64,000 bases of DNA from NCBI GenBank assembly GCA_030583685.1, contig CP129470.1, forward strand, positions 404,345-468,344, written 5' to 3'. The position numbers and the translations under genes are program-made. The DNA is from Candidatus Dojkabacteria bacterium. Lineage in GTDB: Bacteria; Patescibacteriota; Dojkabacteria; GCA-002793355. Below, in pieces: positions 38,658-48,989 of the stretch (the stretch's first letter is position 1; every line of letters starts with the position of its first letter). Below the pieces are notes generated by a model. That model had not been told where the DNA came from and did no database searches. It worked only from the letters and a program-made list of their open reading frames with translations.

Positions 38658-40477
38658 TATTTTCTTTTCTTATGTAACTTATACTCTTTCAGCTCATACA
38701 CTGAGTCCATCAATGTCTCGTGATGCGTTTGTTCACTGATCCAAATAAGCGTTCGTTTACCAATGAACTTCATCAGTTTTGGCAATATTTCTTCAATCGA
38801 CTGGCCATCAATATAGGTAAATGGTTGATCGAGAAGAAATACATCTCTGTTACGGTAAATCGCACGTGCAATTGCAATTCGTTGCCAGTGCCCAGAGGAA
38901 ATTGCAACACTTCCTTCGAAAAAGTTTCCAAGAATTGTATTGTCCTCATCAATAGCATTCTCTTTTGCCCATTTTCCAAGGCCCGTAATCTCGAGCGCTT
39001 TTTTGTACAACGATGCATTAAACTCTTTCCGCGGATCACCAAGAATAACATTCTCCTTAAGGGTCATGTAATATCTTGCGAAATCTTCAGGAACGACAGA
39101 CATCTTTATTTTTATTTGTCCACGTGCGAGTTTTGGCAACGGAGTTGTATTCATTCTGATCTCTCCAGAATCGAGTTCGTACAACCCTGCGAGCACAGAA
39201 AGAAGTGAACTCTTCCCTGTCCCATCCTTTCCGAGAATCATCACTTTTTCTCCGGGATGAATTTCCAAATCGACGGCGTCAAGAATTTTCTTCCGCCCAT
39301 CGTTGTAAGAAAACGTCGCTTTATCTAGTGTAATTTTTGGAATTCCTTTCTTGAGGTGTTTTCCTTTGATGCGATCATCTGCAAAACCCTTCGTATCCTG
39401 GAACTCATACAAATACTCAACAAAAGTTAGTTCGTCGAACATTGCAATCAGGTTACGCTGTAATTCAAATGCGTTGCGATATAAAGAATCAATATACCCT
39501 AACATTGCAATAATGCTACCGATAACCATTTTATTCACAATTCCCATCATTAGGGCAAACACTTTCAAAATAACCAGCAAAATATTGTCAAAAATATTTG
39601 CCACAACAATTTCCTTTTCCCCAGCAATGAGTACCTTTTTGTACCCCCCTGCAACAAGCTCCGCAGTATGTTGGTATCGAGAAATCAATGCTCTAAAGAC
39701 ACCATTAATCTTCCGCTCGGAAAAACTACGAGGATCTGTCAACGAACTAAAGTAGTAGTTCCGTTCGAGCATCAATGGAGCGACGTCATCAACATATTTT
39801 GCATGCTTACGATTGTTCCTGAAGATTGACAGAATTTCAGGTAATGGTACTAAAATGACCAGCCAGGATATTACTGGGGATATGGAATACAGCGCAATAA
39901 AGGACATGACAATCGAAACCAGAAACTCTCCGACTGCAGCAATACGAGAATAAAAGTTTGCTGCATTTGCCACCCAAAATGTGTCAAACTTTGTTAACAG
40001 ATCTTTTACCTCCTCCTTATCAACTTCTTGAGAATTAAGTTTATGAAATTTTTCTGCAACGTCTCGTCGTGACTGAACTATAGAATCATTCCGTAATCGC
40101 GTTAGAGCGATGGTGTAAAGAGCATCTAACACACGAACTGCACGAGATAAAAGAAAGAGAATGATCAGATATGCAACAGGGATAGGAACCAGAAACCATA
40201 CAAAATTCCATGAGTCTTGATTGGTGTAATAACTCACAACGCTGTCCACAAACAACCCAGTTACAAAGATGCTCGCAACGTTTAACGGTGCACGAGCGAT
40301 TCCCGCAACGATCCCTTGCCAGAACGATCTTTTATCGAACAATGAGTAATACGCGAAGTGTCGCTTAAGGATGGCCCAATAATGTCTTGCCCGCTGAATT
40401 CCAGAAGGAATTTGCTGCATTCGCACATTTCCGCGAAGTCGTTTTTTGGATTGTACTTTTCTAGACTGGGCAGCCAT
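38657..40477 (-). CDS. ABC transporter, fused permease/ATP-binding protein
   Basis: TM-rich N-terminal half. Walker A GKDGTGKSS, signature SSGHWQRIAIARA, Walker B VFLLDQP. Confidence 0.75.
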   Translation of the reverse strand: MAAQSRKVQSKKRLRGNVRMQQIPSGIQRARHYWAILKRHFAYYSLFDKRSFWQGIVAGIARAPLNVASIFVTGLFVDSVVSYYTNQDSWNFVWFLVPIPVAYLIILFLLSRAVRVLDALYTIALTRLRNDSIVQSRRDVAEKFHKLNSQEVDKEEVKDLLTKFDTFWVANAANFYSRIAAVGEFLVSIVMSFIALYSISPVISWLVILVPLPEILSIFRNNRKHAKYVDDVAPLMLERNYYFSSLTDPRSFSERKINGVFRALISRYQHTAELVAGGYKKVLIAGEKEIVVANIFDNILLVILKVFALMMGIVNKMVIGSIIAMLGYIDSLYRNAFELQRNLIAMFDELTFVEYLYEFQDTKGFADDRIKGKHLKKGIPKITLDKATFSYNDGRKKILDAVDLEIHPGEKVMILGKDGTGKSSLLSVLAGLYELDSGEIRMNTTPLPKLARGQIKIKMSVVPEDFARYYMTLKENVILGDPRKEFNASLYKKALEITGLGKWAKENAIDEDNTILGNFFEGSVAISSGHWQRIAIARAIYRNRDVFLLDQPFTYIDGQSIEEILPKLMKFIGKRTLIWISEQTHHETLMDSVYELKEYKLHKKRK

Positions 40478-40497
40478 ACTTCATTATACAGAAAATT

Positions 40498-40571
40498 TGG
40501 ACCTGACGGGATTCGAACCCGTGACCCCTCGCATGCCATGCGAGTGCTCTAGCCAGCTGAGCTACAGGCCC
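40498..40571 (-). tRNA. tRNA-Ala (anticodon GGC)
   Basis: Reverse complement: acceptor GGGCCTG/CAGGTCC (G3:U70), anticodon loop ATGGCAT, T-loop TTCGAAT, discriminator A. Confidence 0.8.
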
Positions 40572-40632
40572 TTGTCACTATAGGCGTAGTATACCACAAA
40601 ATGTACAAAAACACCCATATACTGGCAATTAC

Positions 40633-42003
40633 CTACCGTGCAAGAAATGACGCATTGCCTGAAGCAACGTCTGTCAATTCTCTTGTTTGTGCCGTTCTCA
40701 CATTAATCTCAACGAGAACTGCATCCAAGAGATAATCATCCGCACTTTGTCTCTCAATATACTTCTCAACAATAACTGTTTCATTGCCTGTCCAGTAGCA
40801 AGGAGTAGATTCATATGTTTCGGCCTCTGTTTGGTTTTCTGGAGTAACAATTCGCTTGTTCTTTGCGTCAATCTCGTACAACTTAATTGCATAATTTGAC
40901 GGGGCCGCAGAATCATCACCACCATCACCACTTTTGATGCTATACAGGAAGCTCTTTCTGTCTGCAGAGAAGCAGAAAAATGGTTGAACTACTGAGAACT
41001 CCGCATCCGGTTCAACGACAGTGCCATCAGATAACTCGAGTCGGCCCAAAAGTCTTGAATCTTCAGAATTTCCTTCCCGTTTATTTATCATTCTCAGGTA
41101 CAAATTCTCCGAGACTATTTCTACATTTTCTTCTCCAGGAAATATTTCTAACGTTTCATTTTTTACAATCTCTTTTAATTGGTTGGTAACAACAGAATAC
41201 GTGTAATATCCGTCTTCCTTTGCGATGTATAGTGAATCCTCGTTATACACCCATTTTAATTTTCCGGTTGGAAACTCTGCCAACTCAACACTTTTACCAG
41301 TTGATAGGTCAAACACGTAATAGCTTTTTATATCGTCCATCCTGTCGGCAGCCTGCTGTTTTGAGTGTTCAAAGGCGATGAATTTTCTTGATGGAGACAA
41401 AACCGGATGTAAAATTGTAACAAACGATCCTGATTCTGCGCGAATATCTGAAACCGCAACCGTTTTTCTGTTCTCTGTCATATAGTAATAAATTTTTGGG
41501 TCCTTTTGGTGGAAATCTCCCTCCGAGTCATCAACTGCATATAAAACTCCCCCATGATTTTCGACATTGTGAATACTCCCTATGAGTGACGTAACGCCAG
41601 TATTTTTTTTGTTCGTGCCATCTCCACTCATTACCCATAATTGAGCTTCTGAGTTTTGATGTGTTTGATAGACATAAAAGACGGGGCGTTCCGGAAGATC
41701 AAAATCTTGCGGTATGACATACTTGCCAACAACGACATCTTCATTTCTATACACCGACTTCTCTGGAGCGACTGATGGTGTTGGCGTATTATTCTGTGGT
41801 AGTCCAAACAGCTCTGGATTCATAAGAAAGTAGTACCCGCCAAAACCGATCACAACAAGAATAATGATGACCACGAGTCGCGGCATCCATTTGCTCTTTT
41901 TTGGTTCTTCCGTAGCATATCCTACGACAGGTTGGGGATTATATGAAGCTCCTTCAGATACAGAGGTTGGGTTGTTCCCTTGTGGTGTTGTGTTTTCTTC
42001 CAT
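40633..42003 (-). CDS. Membrane-anchored hypothetical protein with a probable beta-propeller ectodomain
   Basis: 456 aa. N-terminal TM (LVVIIILVVIGFGGYYFL). Repeated beta-strand-rich blocks resembling PD40/TolB-like blades. Confidence 0.5.
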   Translation of the reverse strand: MEENTTPQGNNPTSVSEGASYNPQPVVGYATEEPKKSKWMPRLVVIIILVVIGFGGYYFLMNPELFGLPQNNTPTPSVAPEKSVYRNEDVVVGKYVIPQDFDLPERPVFYVYQTHQNSEAQLWVMSGDGTNKKNTGVTSLIGSIHNVENHGGVLYAVDDSEGDFHQKDPKIYYYMTENRKTVAVSDIRAESGSFVTILHPVLSPSRKFIAFEHSKQQAADRMDDIKSYYVFDLSTGKSVELAEFPTGKLKWVYNEDSLYIAKEDGYYTYSVVTNQLKEIVKNETLEIFPGEENVEIVSENLYLRMINKREGNSEDSRLLGRLELSDGTVVEPDAEFSVVQPFFCFSADRKSFLYSIKSGDGGDDSAAPSNYAIKLYEIDAKNKRIVTPENQTEAETYESTPCYWTGNETVIVEKYIERQSADDYLLDAVLVEINVRTAQTRELTDVASGNASFLAR

Positions 42004-42037
42004 CTCTCATAGTACCATGAAAGAAGGATTTCAGAAA

Positions 42038-42412
42038 CTATTTTTTCGTAAAACGCTTTCCTTTTCCATATCCCGTTTCTGAAATTTTTCCTGCGCTGAC
42101 TAATGATTCAACATACCGTCTAACTGAGCGGTACGGAATTTTTGAGATTGACTGTAGTTCAACCTGTGTATATTGCGTACCCTTTTTCATCACTGAGAGT
42201 AATTTTGCATGAGAAGAAGGAGTTGCCGCCTTAGTGGGGTTACTCTTTTTGAGTGGAGTCCTTTTTTTGGTTACTTTTTTCTTTACTTGACGGATAATCG
42301 TGTCAACTGTTTCTGACACTTTATTGTGAGGTGAGAGTAACTCCTTTACGAATAAAACACCGACAACCGCAGCTACCAGCCCACCTGCAAGTGCTAATAC
42401 TTTTTTATCCAT
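42038..42412 (-). CDS. Small membrane-anchored protein with a C-terminal winged-helix-like domain
   Basis: 124 aa. N-terminal TM (LALAGGLVAAVVGVLFV), Lys-rich linker, C-terminal LLSVMKKGTQYTQVELQSISKIPYRSVRRYVESLVSAGKI. Confidence 0.45.
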   Translation of the reverse strand: MDKKVLALAGGLVAAVVGVLFVKELLSPHNKVSETVDTIIRQVKKKVTKKRTPLKKSNPTKAATPSSHAKLLSVMKKGTQYTQVELQSISKIPYRSVRRYVESLVSAGKISETGYGKGKRFTKK

Positions 42413-43415
42413 GTAAATATAAACCCATTTTAGTTACTGCTTCAAGAACTTTTGGATGCGAAATAGAATGTGCTCGTGCAGCTCCCTCGTCGAGGATTTG
42501 CTGCAACTGGGGAATATCATCAAGATAGTCGCGCATTTTTTGTTGTACTGGAGAGAGATAGGTAATCACCGCCTCGGCCACTGCTCCTTTAAAAGCACCA
42601 TACCCTGCCGTACGGAACTCTGTGGCAATATCCTCTTTTTTGCGTCCAGTAACTGCTGCCATAATGACCAAAAGGTTACTGATTCCTGGTTTCTTCTCGC
42701 TATCAAACCGAACCTCGTTCTCATCGTCGGTAACGGCACGCATTATTTTTTTTCGGATTTGGTCGGAGCTGTCAGTCAGGGAGATTCTTCCTGCATCATC
42801 TTGATCCGACTTACTCATTTTTTTCTCTGGATGCTGAAGATCGAAAATTTTCGTCGTTTCTTTGTTCGTTTTGAACTCGGGAATCCTAAATGTTTCCCCA
42901 TATAAAGAGTTAAATCTATTTGCAATATCACAGGTCAACTCCACATGTTGTTTTTGATCAATTCCAACAGGAACGAGATCTGCATCGTACAGCAAAATAT
43001 CAGCTGCCATAAGCGTTGGATACGCGTACAACCCTGCGCCAACTGACTCCTTATACTCTGTCGTCTTTTGCTTTTTTTCCTTAAATTGCGTCATTCTATC
43101 GAGCCATCCCATTGGAGTAATACAGGTATATAACCACCCTGCGTAGGTATGATCTGGATTTGCAGACTGAGGAAAGACAACATGACGTTTATAATCAACT
43201 CCCGAAGCAAGTAATACTGCAGCCAACTCGTAGATTTGCTGTCGAAGCGCGTCTGGATTCTGTTTTATCGTGATTGCATGTAAATCTACAATCGTCAGAA
43301 ATGCTTGAGCGTTTGGGACTTCGTTAACCGTATCGTGCCAGTTCAAAATACTCCCTAAATAATTGCCAATGTGCAGTGTTCCTGAAGGTTGCAGTCCTGT
43401 GAGTATTTTTGTCAT
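42405..43415 (-). CDS. trpS: Tryptophanyl-tRNA synthetase
   Basis: 336 aa. N-terminal TGLQPSGTLHIGNYLG (HIGH-class motif) and KMSKS. Size and order are typical of TrpRS. Confidence 0.85.
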   Translation of the reverse strand: MTKILTGLQPSGTLHIGNYLGSILNWHDTVNEVPNAQAFLTIVDLHAITIKQNPDALRQQIYELAAVLLASGVDYKRHVVFPQSANPDHTYAGWLYTCITPMGWLDRMTQFKEKKQKTTEYKESVGAGLYAYPTLMAADILLYDADLVPVGIDQKQHVELTCDIANRFNSLYGETFRIPEFKTNKETTKIFDLQHPEKKMSKSDQDDAGRISLTDSSDQIRKKIMRAVTDDENEVRFDSEKKPGISNLLVIMAAVTGRKKEDIATEFRTAGYGAFKGAVAEAVITYLSPVQQKMRDYLDDIPQLQQILDEGAARAHSISHPKVLEAVTKMGLYLHG

Positions 43416-43444
43416 ACGTTATTATAGTAAAAATGGACAAATAA

Positions 43445-46279
43445 TTAAAGTTTTAACGAAATTCCTACTTCCGCTTCTGCCTTTAATGGTACCGCAAGTG
43501 AAATAACATTCTCCATAATAGCAATAATTTTCTCAATGTATCGCGCAATTTCTTCGTCATTTGTTTCAGCAACTTCAAATACCAGTTCATCGTGAACTTG
43601 CAGAACAAGTTTTACCTTCCCTGTAAGAATTTCTGGAAGCATCGAAACCTTACCCAGCGCTAGACGCATAATATCATCAGCGCCACCTTGAATTGGCATA
43701 TTAATCGCTTCACGCTCTGCTGCTTGTGCACGCATTCGATTGTTTGTTGCTATTCCTGCAATATATCGTCTTCTCCCAAGAAGTGACTGTACATACCCCT
43801 GTTCCCTCGCAAAAAGAATCGTTTCGTTCATATAATCTTTTACCCCAGGGAACTGTTGAAAATATTCTGTAATAAACTTACCTGCTTCAGCAACTTCTAT
43901 ACCAAGGGACTTCGCTAAGCCGAATGATGACATTCCATAGACAAGTCCGAAATTTATACTTTTTGCAAATCTTCTTTGGGTGTCGGTTACCTTTTCAAAC
44001 GGAATATGAAATATTTTCGCTGCAGTGCTTCTATGGATATCCCGATTATGCTGAAACGCCTCGATAAGCCCTTTATCTCTAGAAATATGCGCAAGCACAC
44101 GTAAATCAATTTGAGAATAATCAATTGAGACAAGCTTACTCCCCTTTTCTGGAACAAAAAAACTTCTAACAACTTTACTCACCTCTGTTTTGACAGGAAG
44201 ATTTTGGAGATTAGGATTACTCGAAGAAAGTCGCCCTGACGTTGTACTCGTGATAGAAAATGTCGAATGCACCCGGATTTTACTTGTTTTTGTTTCCTCT
44301 TGTGTCGATACCGTTTGTACGGGGGGTGCATCAAAAAGACCCATTTGTGTTTTACTGTCTGCGTCTGATTGAAGATTTCCACGTGAATCGCGAAGGGCTA
44401 AATACGGCTCCATATATGTAGATAGAAGCTTTGCTATCTGCCTGTATGCAACTATTTTTTCTACCGCCGGATGCGCATCAAGTAACCCTTTTAACACATC
44501 GTCATCCGTAGAGTACCCTGTCTTCGTTTTTCTTGCATTCGGAAGATTAAGATTACCAAACAACACATTCGCTAATTGTTTTGGAGATTTAATGTTAAAT
44601 TCAAACCCTACATTCTCAAATATTTCCTGTTCAATTTTCAAAAGTTTTTGACGAAACTCTGTGACAGATTTGGCAACGGCCTCTGTATCAATCAGGATTC
44701 CGCGATGGTGCATGAGCGCAACACCAAAGGCAACGAGTAAATCTTCTTCTCGGGCAATGGCAACAGGAATTGTTCCGCCTACTGCCTCTACATCCAGAAA
44801 GTTTGCCCACAACGCAGAAACATGTGGGACAGGAACATACGCTTTTGCGTGTGCTAATTCCTGATTTAATCGAGAAATCGCTAAAGAGAACACTGCATTG
44901 CTATTGGTAACTATTTCTTGTTCTAAGGTTCCTAATCCTGCTTGCGAGACATCTTGCTGCAATGAGTAATCGTTTCTACCGGTATGTAGTGCATATGATA
45001 GTAACTCAACATCGAAAACTTTTTGAAAGAACCCCTCTGGAATGGTAATTTCCTCGAGCGTTGCCTTCTGCCCTGCAACCAACAAGTGAAAAATACCAAA
45101 GGTAACCATCGAAACCCCAGGGGGGAGTAATTTGCGCCCTTGCGCGATTCTGAATTTATACAATTTCTCCGCAACATAAATCACTACTCCCCACTCATCT
45201 CCCGAGAACTTATCATCCAACATTTCCATTCTTTCCGAAAAGCTCATTTCAGAAACGGAGATAACTTGACTTTCGCTGTAAGAAAGTTCTCGGAATAAAG
45301 CTGAATCACCAGAGGTGTTCTCGATTTGTTTGGGTAGTGGAATCTGATCGGGATGTTGTTGCTGAAATTGATTACCGGTCATCAAAACAAATCGATTTAA
45401 TCGAGGATAAAGACTTTTAAACTGAAATTTGGCAAATAATTTCGACACCAAAGAAGGATCAAAGACTTTGGTTTCTGCTGCCTCAGGAGAAAAAGTTACC
45501 GGAGCATCTTTTGCTATAGTTGCTAATTCTTTACTCATAACCGCACTTTCGTGGCCATCGACGAGTAACTGCGCAACCCTCTTATTTTCCTGCGAGATTG
45601 TCCCCATATTGGAATAAATTTCTTCCAAAGACGGATATTTTTTGAGCAAATCACCTGCGGACTTCGGTCCAATACCTTTTACTCCCGGAATATTATCTGA
45701 TGTATCGCCCATAAGCCCCTTCAAGTCTGTGACCTGACTTGGCGCAACGCCAAGGGCGTTATACACTTTTTCCTCAGTAAACACCTCAAGATTTCGAAAA
45801 CTCCCTTTTGGCAATACAACCTGTACTTTTTCGTTAACCAGCTGAAACAAATCCCTATCTCCCGTGAGCACATAGGTTTGAGAAATTGGCCAAAAACGCT
45901 CTGTCGTGACCTTTTCACACACTGTTCCCAAGATATCATCTGCTTCATATCCTTCCACATCAAAAATTGGAATATTTAATGCTTGCAGAATCTCGTAGAC
46001 AAAAGGCAGTTGATTCATCAATTCAGAATCTGTCTCAGGCCTATTTGCTTTATATCCTGCATATGAAACATGTCTAAATGTCGGTTTCTTTGTGTCAAAC
46101 GCGCAAAACACATATTCGGGTTTGAACTGCAGGAGCGCGTCAAGAAACATCGAGGTGAATCCATACGCTGCGTTTACTGGTGCCCCATCGGTTGTGGTCA
46201 ATGACAACGGATAAGCATGGTAGGCACGGTGCAAAATCGAATTTGCATCAACGGCAAGTAAGAGGCCTTTGGTGAGCAT
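43445..46279 (-). CDS. polA: DNA polymerase I
   Basis: N-terminal 5'-3' exonuclease (LLLAVDANSILHRAYHA) and a C-terminal family-A polymerase (motif C VLQVHDELVFEV). The track start at 46345 adds 22 basic residues; the ATG at 46279 is preferred. Confidence 0.85.
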   Translation of the reverse strand: MLTKGLLLAVDANSILHRAYHAYPLSLTTTDGAPVNAAYGFTSMFLDALLQFKPEYVFCAFDTKKPTFRHVSYAGYKANRPETDSELMNQLPFVYEILQALNIPIFDVEGYEADDILGTVCEKVTTERFWPISQTYVLTGDRDLFQLVNEKVQVVLPKGSFRNLEVFTEEKVYNALGVAPSQVTDLKGLMGDTSDNIPGVKGIGPKSAGDLLKKYPSLEEIYSNMGTISQENKRVAQLLVDGHESAVMSKELATIAKDAPVTFSPEAAETKVFDPSLVSKLFAKFQFKSLYPRLNRFVLMTGNQFQQQHPDQIPLPKQIENTSGDSALFRELSYSESQVISVSEMSFSERMEMLDDKFSGDEWGVVIYVAEKLYKFRIAQGRKLLPPGVSMVTFGIFHLLVAGQKATLEEITIPEGFFQKVFDVELLSYALHTGRNDYSLQQDVSQAGLGTLEQEIVTNSNAVFSLAISRLNQELAHAKAYVPVPHVSALWANFLDVEAVGGTIPVAIAREEDLLVAFGVALMHHRGILIDTEAVAKSVTEFRQKLLKIEQEIFENVGFEFNIKSPKQLANVLFGNLNLPNARKTKTGYSTDDDVLKGLLDAHPAVEKIVAYRQIAKLLSTYMEPYLALRDSRGNLQSDADSKTQMGLFDAPPVQTVSTQEETKTSKIRVHSTFSITSTTSGRLSSSNPNLQNLPVKTEVSKVVRSFFVPEKGSKLVSIDYSQIDLRVLAHISRDKGLIEAFQHNRDIHRSTAAKIFHIPFEKVTDTQRRFAKSINFGLVYGMSSFGLAKSLGIEVAEAGKFITEYFQQFPGVKDYMNETILFAREQGYVQSLLGRRRYIAGIATNNRMRAQAAEREAINMPIQGGADDIMRLALGKVSMLPEILTGKVKLVLQVHDELVFEVAETNDEEIARYIEKIIAIMENVISLAVPLKAEAEVGISLKL

Positions 46280-46331
46280 AGAGGTATTATACTTCTTTTT
46301 TCTTTGATTTTGGTGAGATTTTCTGAGAGCA

Positions 46332-47438
46332 CTACCTCTTTTCACTTACTGCCCCCTGAAGTGCGGCATAAATTTCATCTTGGGTTGGTCGTTTCTTCTC
46401 GTGAAATCTTTCAAATATCTTGGTGAAAAATGCCTGAAGTGTTTGCACTGGAGAATTAAGATCACCGTGAGCGTCAACAAGATCATCTGGCAAGAATGAG
46501 ATTCTGTTAAATGTCACTTCCAAACGAGGAGGAACCACAAATATCATGTTAGGGTCTAAATCGTAGTATTTCTTCCTGAATTCTGGAACTTCTAACTCTA
46601 ATAACCGGTCAAGCTGAGGATCTCGAAAATCTTTCTTTTGTATTTTTTGAATTTGCCTTCTCATGAAATACGAAAGTTTAGGAAAAACCACTTCCATTGA
46701 AACTGTTCGTGTGCCTTCGGTTGAGGTTAAAAAGTATTCATCAAGTTTCGTGACTCTCCCGTCAAACTCGTTGACGAGATTCCGCAGTGAGCCTCTCCTT
46801 TCATAGGTAGATTTACCTTTTTCAGTCGCGACAAAAAACACCTCTGCTGCGTGCATTGGATTAATTTCTAGTTCCTTTAACACTTTTTCTCGCTGCTCTT
46901 TCCGAAACGCTTTATATACGAGGAGACTCATCATTGTTGTTCCAATTAATTTCTCTTTTTTTGCTCGTTGTAGAAATAAAATGACTTCCTCACTACTCTT
47001 CGTTGCTCGGGCTAATAATACTTCTCCGAAATCAAATACGGTAAACCCAGAACGTAATGCTTTGTATGAATAGAAAGCACGAAAGTCATGTCGTGTTTCA
47101 AGCAGATACAATTTTTTTTCTTTTTTTAATTTGAAACCCCAATTATTAAGGCCCCTTCCGTAATTTGCAGCGACAAACTTATCTTGCAACGCTCTCGTAA
47201 TTGCATCTAACAGTGGATTTATTGCTCCTGTAGCATAATTGATTTCGTACCCACCTTGATTACATGCCCTTCTATCAGCAAACTCCGAATCAATTAACAA
47301 TCGAGGGCAATTATTGCGTATAAAGTACATTTTTGCGCCAATGGGAATCTGCTCTTCGTTCTCTTTAATTATATTTACATACCATTGTTGTGGAATATAC
47401 CCAGAATGAGCTTCATAGTTCACGTGATTCATCGCCAC
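46332..47438 (-). CDS. Hypothetical protein
   Basis: 368-aa ORF with no motif I can assign. Confidence 0.45.
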   Translation of the reverse strand: MAMNHVNYEAHSGYIPQQWYVNIIKENEEQIPIGAKMYFIRNNCPRLLIDSEFADRRACNQGGYEINYATGAINPLLDAITRALQDKFVAANYGRGLNNWGFKLKKEKKLYLLETRHDFRAFYSYKALRSGFTVFDFGEVLLARATKSSEEVILFLQRAKKEKLIGTTMMSLLVYKAFRKEQREKVLKELEINPMHAAEVFFVATEKGKSTYERRGSLRNLVNEFDGRVTKLDEYFLTSTEGTRTVSMEVVFPKLSYFMRRQIQKIQKKDFRDPQLDRLLELEVPEFRKKYYDLDPNMIFVVPPRLEVTFNRISFLPDDLVDAHGDLNSPVQTLQAFFTKIFERFHEKKRPTQDEIYAALQGAVSEKR

Positions 47439-47442
47439 TTTT

Positions 47443-48147
47443 TTACCACCTTTTCACCAATTCCAAGTTTGGAACGAAATATGTACCTGCCGTTGTTTGC
47501 GGTAACTGCAGCCCAAACGCATCTCTGCTAATTTTTCTTGCAACAATATAATTGCCCGCTTCATTTAACGTAACGACATCAGGTTTGCCAACTTCAAACC
47601 CGAATAAATCATTTTTTGTAACTACAGTGTAGGTCATAATTTTCGCAAGTTCGATATCGTCAAATTCGTGCTGTACGTCTATAAATTGACAATCTTGACT
47701 AACAGAAAGTTGTTTGTACAGTGCCCCCAAAGTCAATGATATTTCCCTATTCAATCCCGTTAACAGAGGATATGGCGACCACAAGATAGTAGTTATTTTC
47801 TCTTTTTGGATCATATCAAGAAGCGAATTCATGTCGGCCAAAAATTGCTTCTCCTCAAAGCTTGGAAACATTGGGGATACACCAAAGGAAAGCAATACGA
47901 TATCCGGCTTATAGTGACCAATATATTCCCGAAAATAGGTACTAACATGACGAGGAGTTGCACGATCTATTCCCGAGTTAATGACTTTTCTTCTCCATGA
48001 CGTCCTGACGTCTCCATTTTCCCAGAGTGATCGTTGCAACCAATCGGTCCACCCTGGCTTCCCATAGGTTTGAGCTGTTTGTATATCACCTACACACACT
48101 ATTTTCAAGAAATCATTACTGGCAATTTTTTCCTGAAGTGTGCTCAT
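47443..48147 (-). CDS. Hypothetical protein, possibly SGNH/GDSL-like fold with a non-canonical nucleophile position
   Basis: IVCVGDIQTAQ resembles GDS(L) block I but carries Ile where Ser is expected. Block-like DIVLLSFG and DVQHEF follow. Confidence 0.35.
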   Translation of the reverse strand: MSTLQEKIASNDFLKIVCVGDIQTAQTYGKPGWTDWLQRSLWENGDVRTSWRRKVINSGIDRATPRHVSTYFREYIGHYKPDIVLLSFGVSPMFPSFEEKQFLADMNSLLDMIQKEKITTILWSPYPLLTGLNREISLTLGALYKQLSVSQDCQFIDVQHEFDDIELAKIMTYTVVTKNDLFGFEVGKPDVVTLNEAGNYIVARKISRDAFGLQLPQTTAGTYFVPNLELVKRW

Positions 48148-48989
48148 TAGTTATTATGCAAGGTTCTCATCTCTACTGCAAGGTGTCCCCAAGGAATACC
48201 GAAAACTTTCATGCGAATGGTCTGTTCATCTCCTTCTGAGTCAGCTCCCACATCATCCAATAAACTTTTGATGTAGTCACCTTCTCCACGATAGGAACAT
48301 TCTTTATAAACAATAATCTTTCCAAACACACGTGCATCGCCACTGACTGAAATAGTTCCAGAGAATTCTTCGCAAGAGAGAGCAATTTCAATATAACTGT
48401 TTGCAACCTGTAAATCCACACTTGAGGAACCAAGTTGTTTCGTCTGCAGGGTAACCTTCCCTTCATTGGCCGAAATGTCAATTCGTTTTGTCATATTTTG
48501 AGGCAAAGCAATCGTGCCACGGGTAAAATGACTTCTCAATAGAAGAGACTCTGCATACTTTCTCTTAAGTGCAACCGCTACCTCAGGGGGAGTTCCCTCT
48601 TTTTCACGCGTTATAGTCTGATACGTCAGTGAATGTCGGTTGTATCCCGTCTCCTCCTCGAATGTGATCGTACGCTGGTTTTCTTGAGTTACAATCAGAT
48701 ACTCTCCGCGAAAAAGCATTAAGTCGAGCGGTAAGGTTTCTCCGTCACGTACTATGTCAATACTCGTTGACACTTTTTCTACCGGAAATTGCATCGCGAT
48801 ATAACCTCGTACCGCGCCAATACCGAGTATCAACACAAGAAGAATTCCCCCAAAGAATTTCTGTGATTTTCTTTTTGTTTCCCCTGAAAAAAGTAATACA
48901 CTCGTTCCAAGACCAAGAAGAAGCACTAACAGAATTGGCCAAAGAGAAACAACTGTTTTGGCAATATCAAGAATAACGGCCCCTGCCAT
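48147..48989 (-). CDS. Membrane-anchored hypothetical protein
   Basis: 280 aa. N-terminal TM pair (VVSLWPILLVLLLGLGTSVLLF, GGILLVLILGIGAV). Confidence 0.45.
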   Translation of the reverse strand: MAGAVILDIAKTVVSLWPILLVLLLGLGTSVLLFSGETKRKSQKFFGGILLVLILGIGAVRGYIAMQFPVEKVSTSIDIVRDGETLPLDLMLFRGEYLIVTQENQRTITFEEETGYNRHSLTYQTITREKEGTPPEVAVALKRKYAESLLLRSHFTRGTIALPQNMTKRIDISANEGKVTLQTKQLGSSSVDLQVANSYIEIALSCEEFSGTISVSGDARVFGKIIVYKECSYRGEGDYIKSLLDDVGADSEGDEQTIRMKVFGIPWGHLAVEMRTLHNN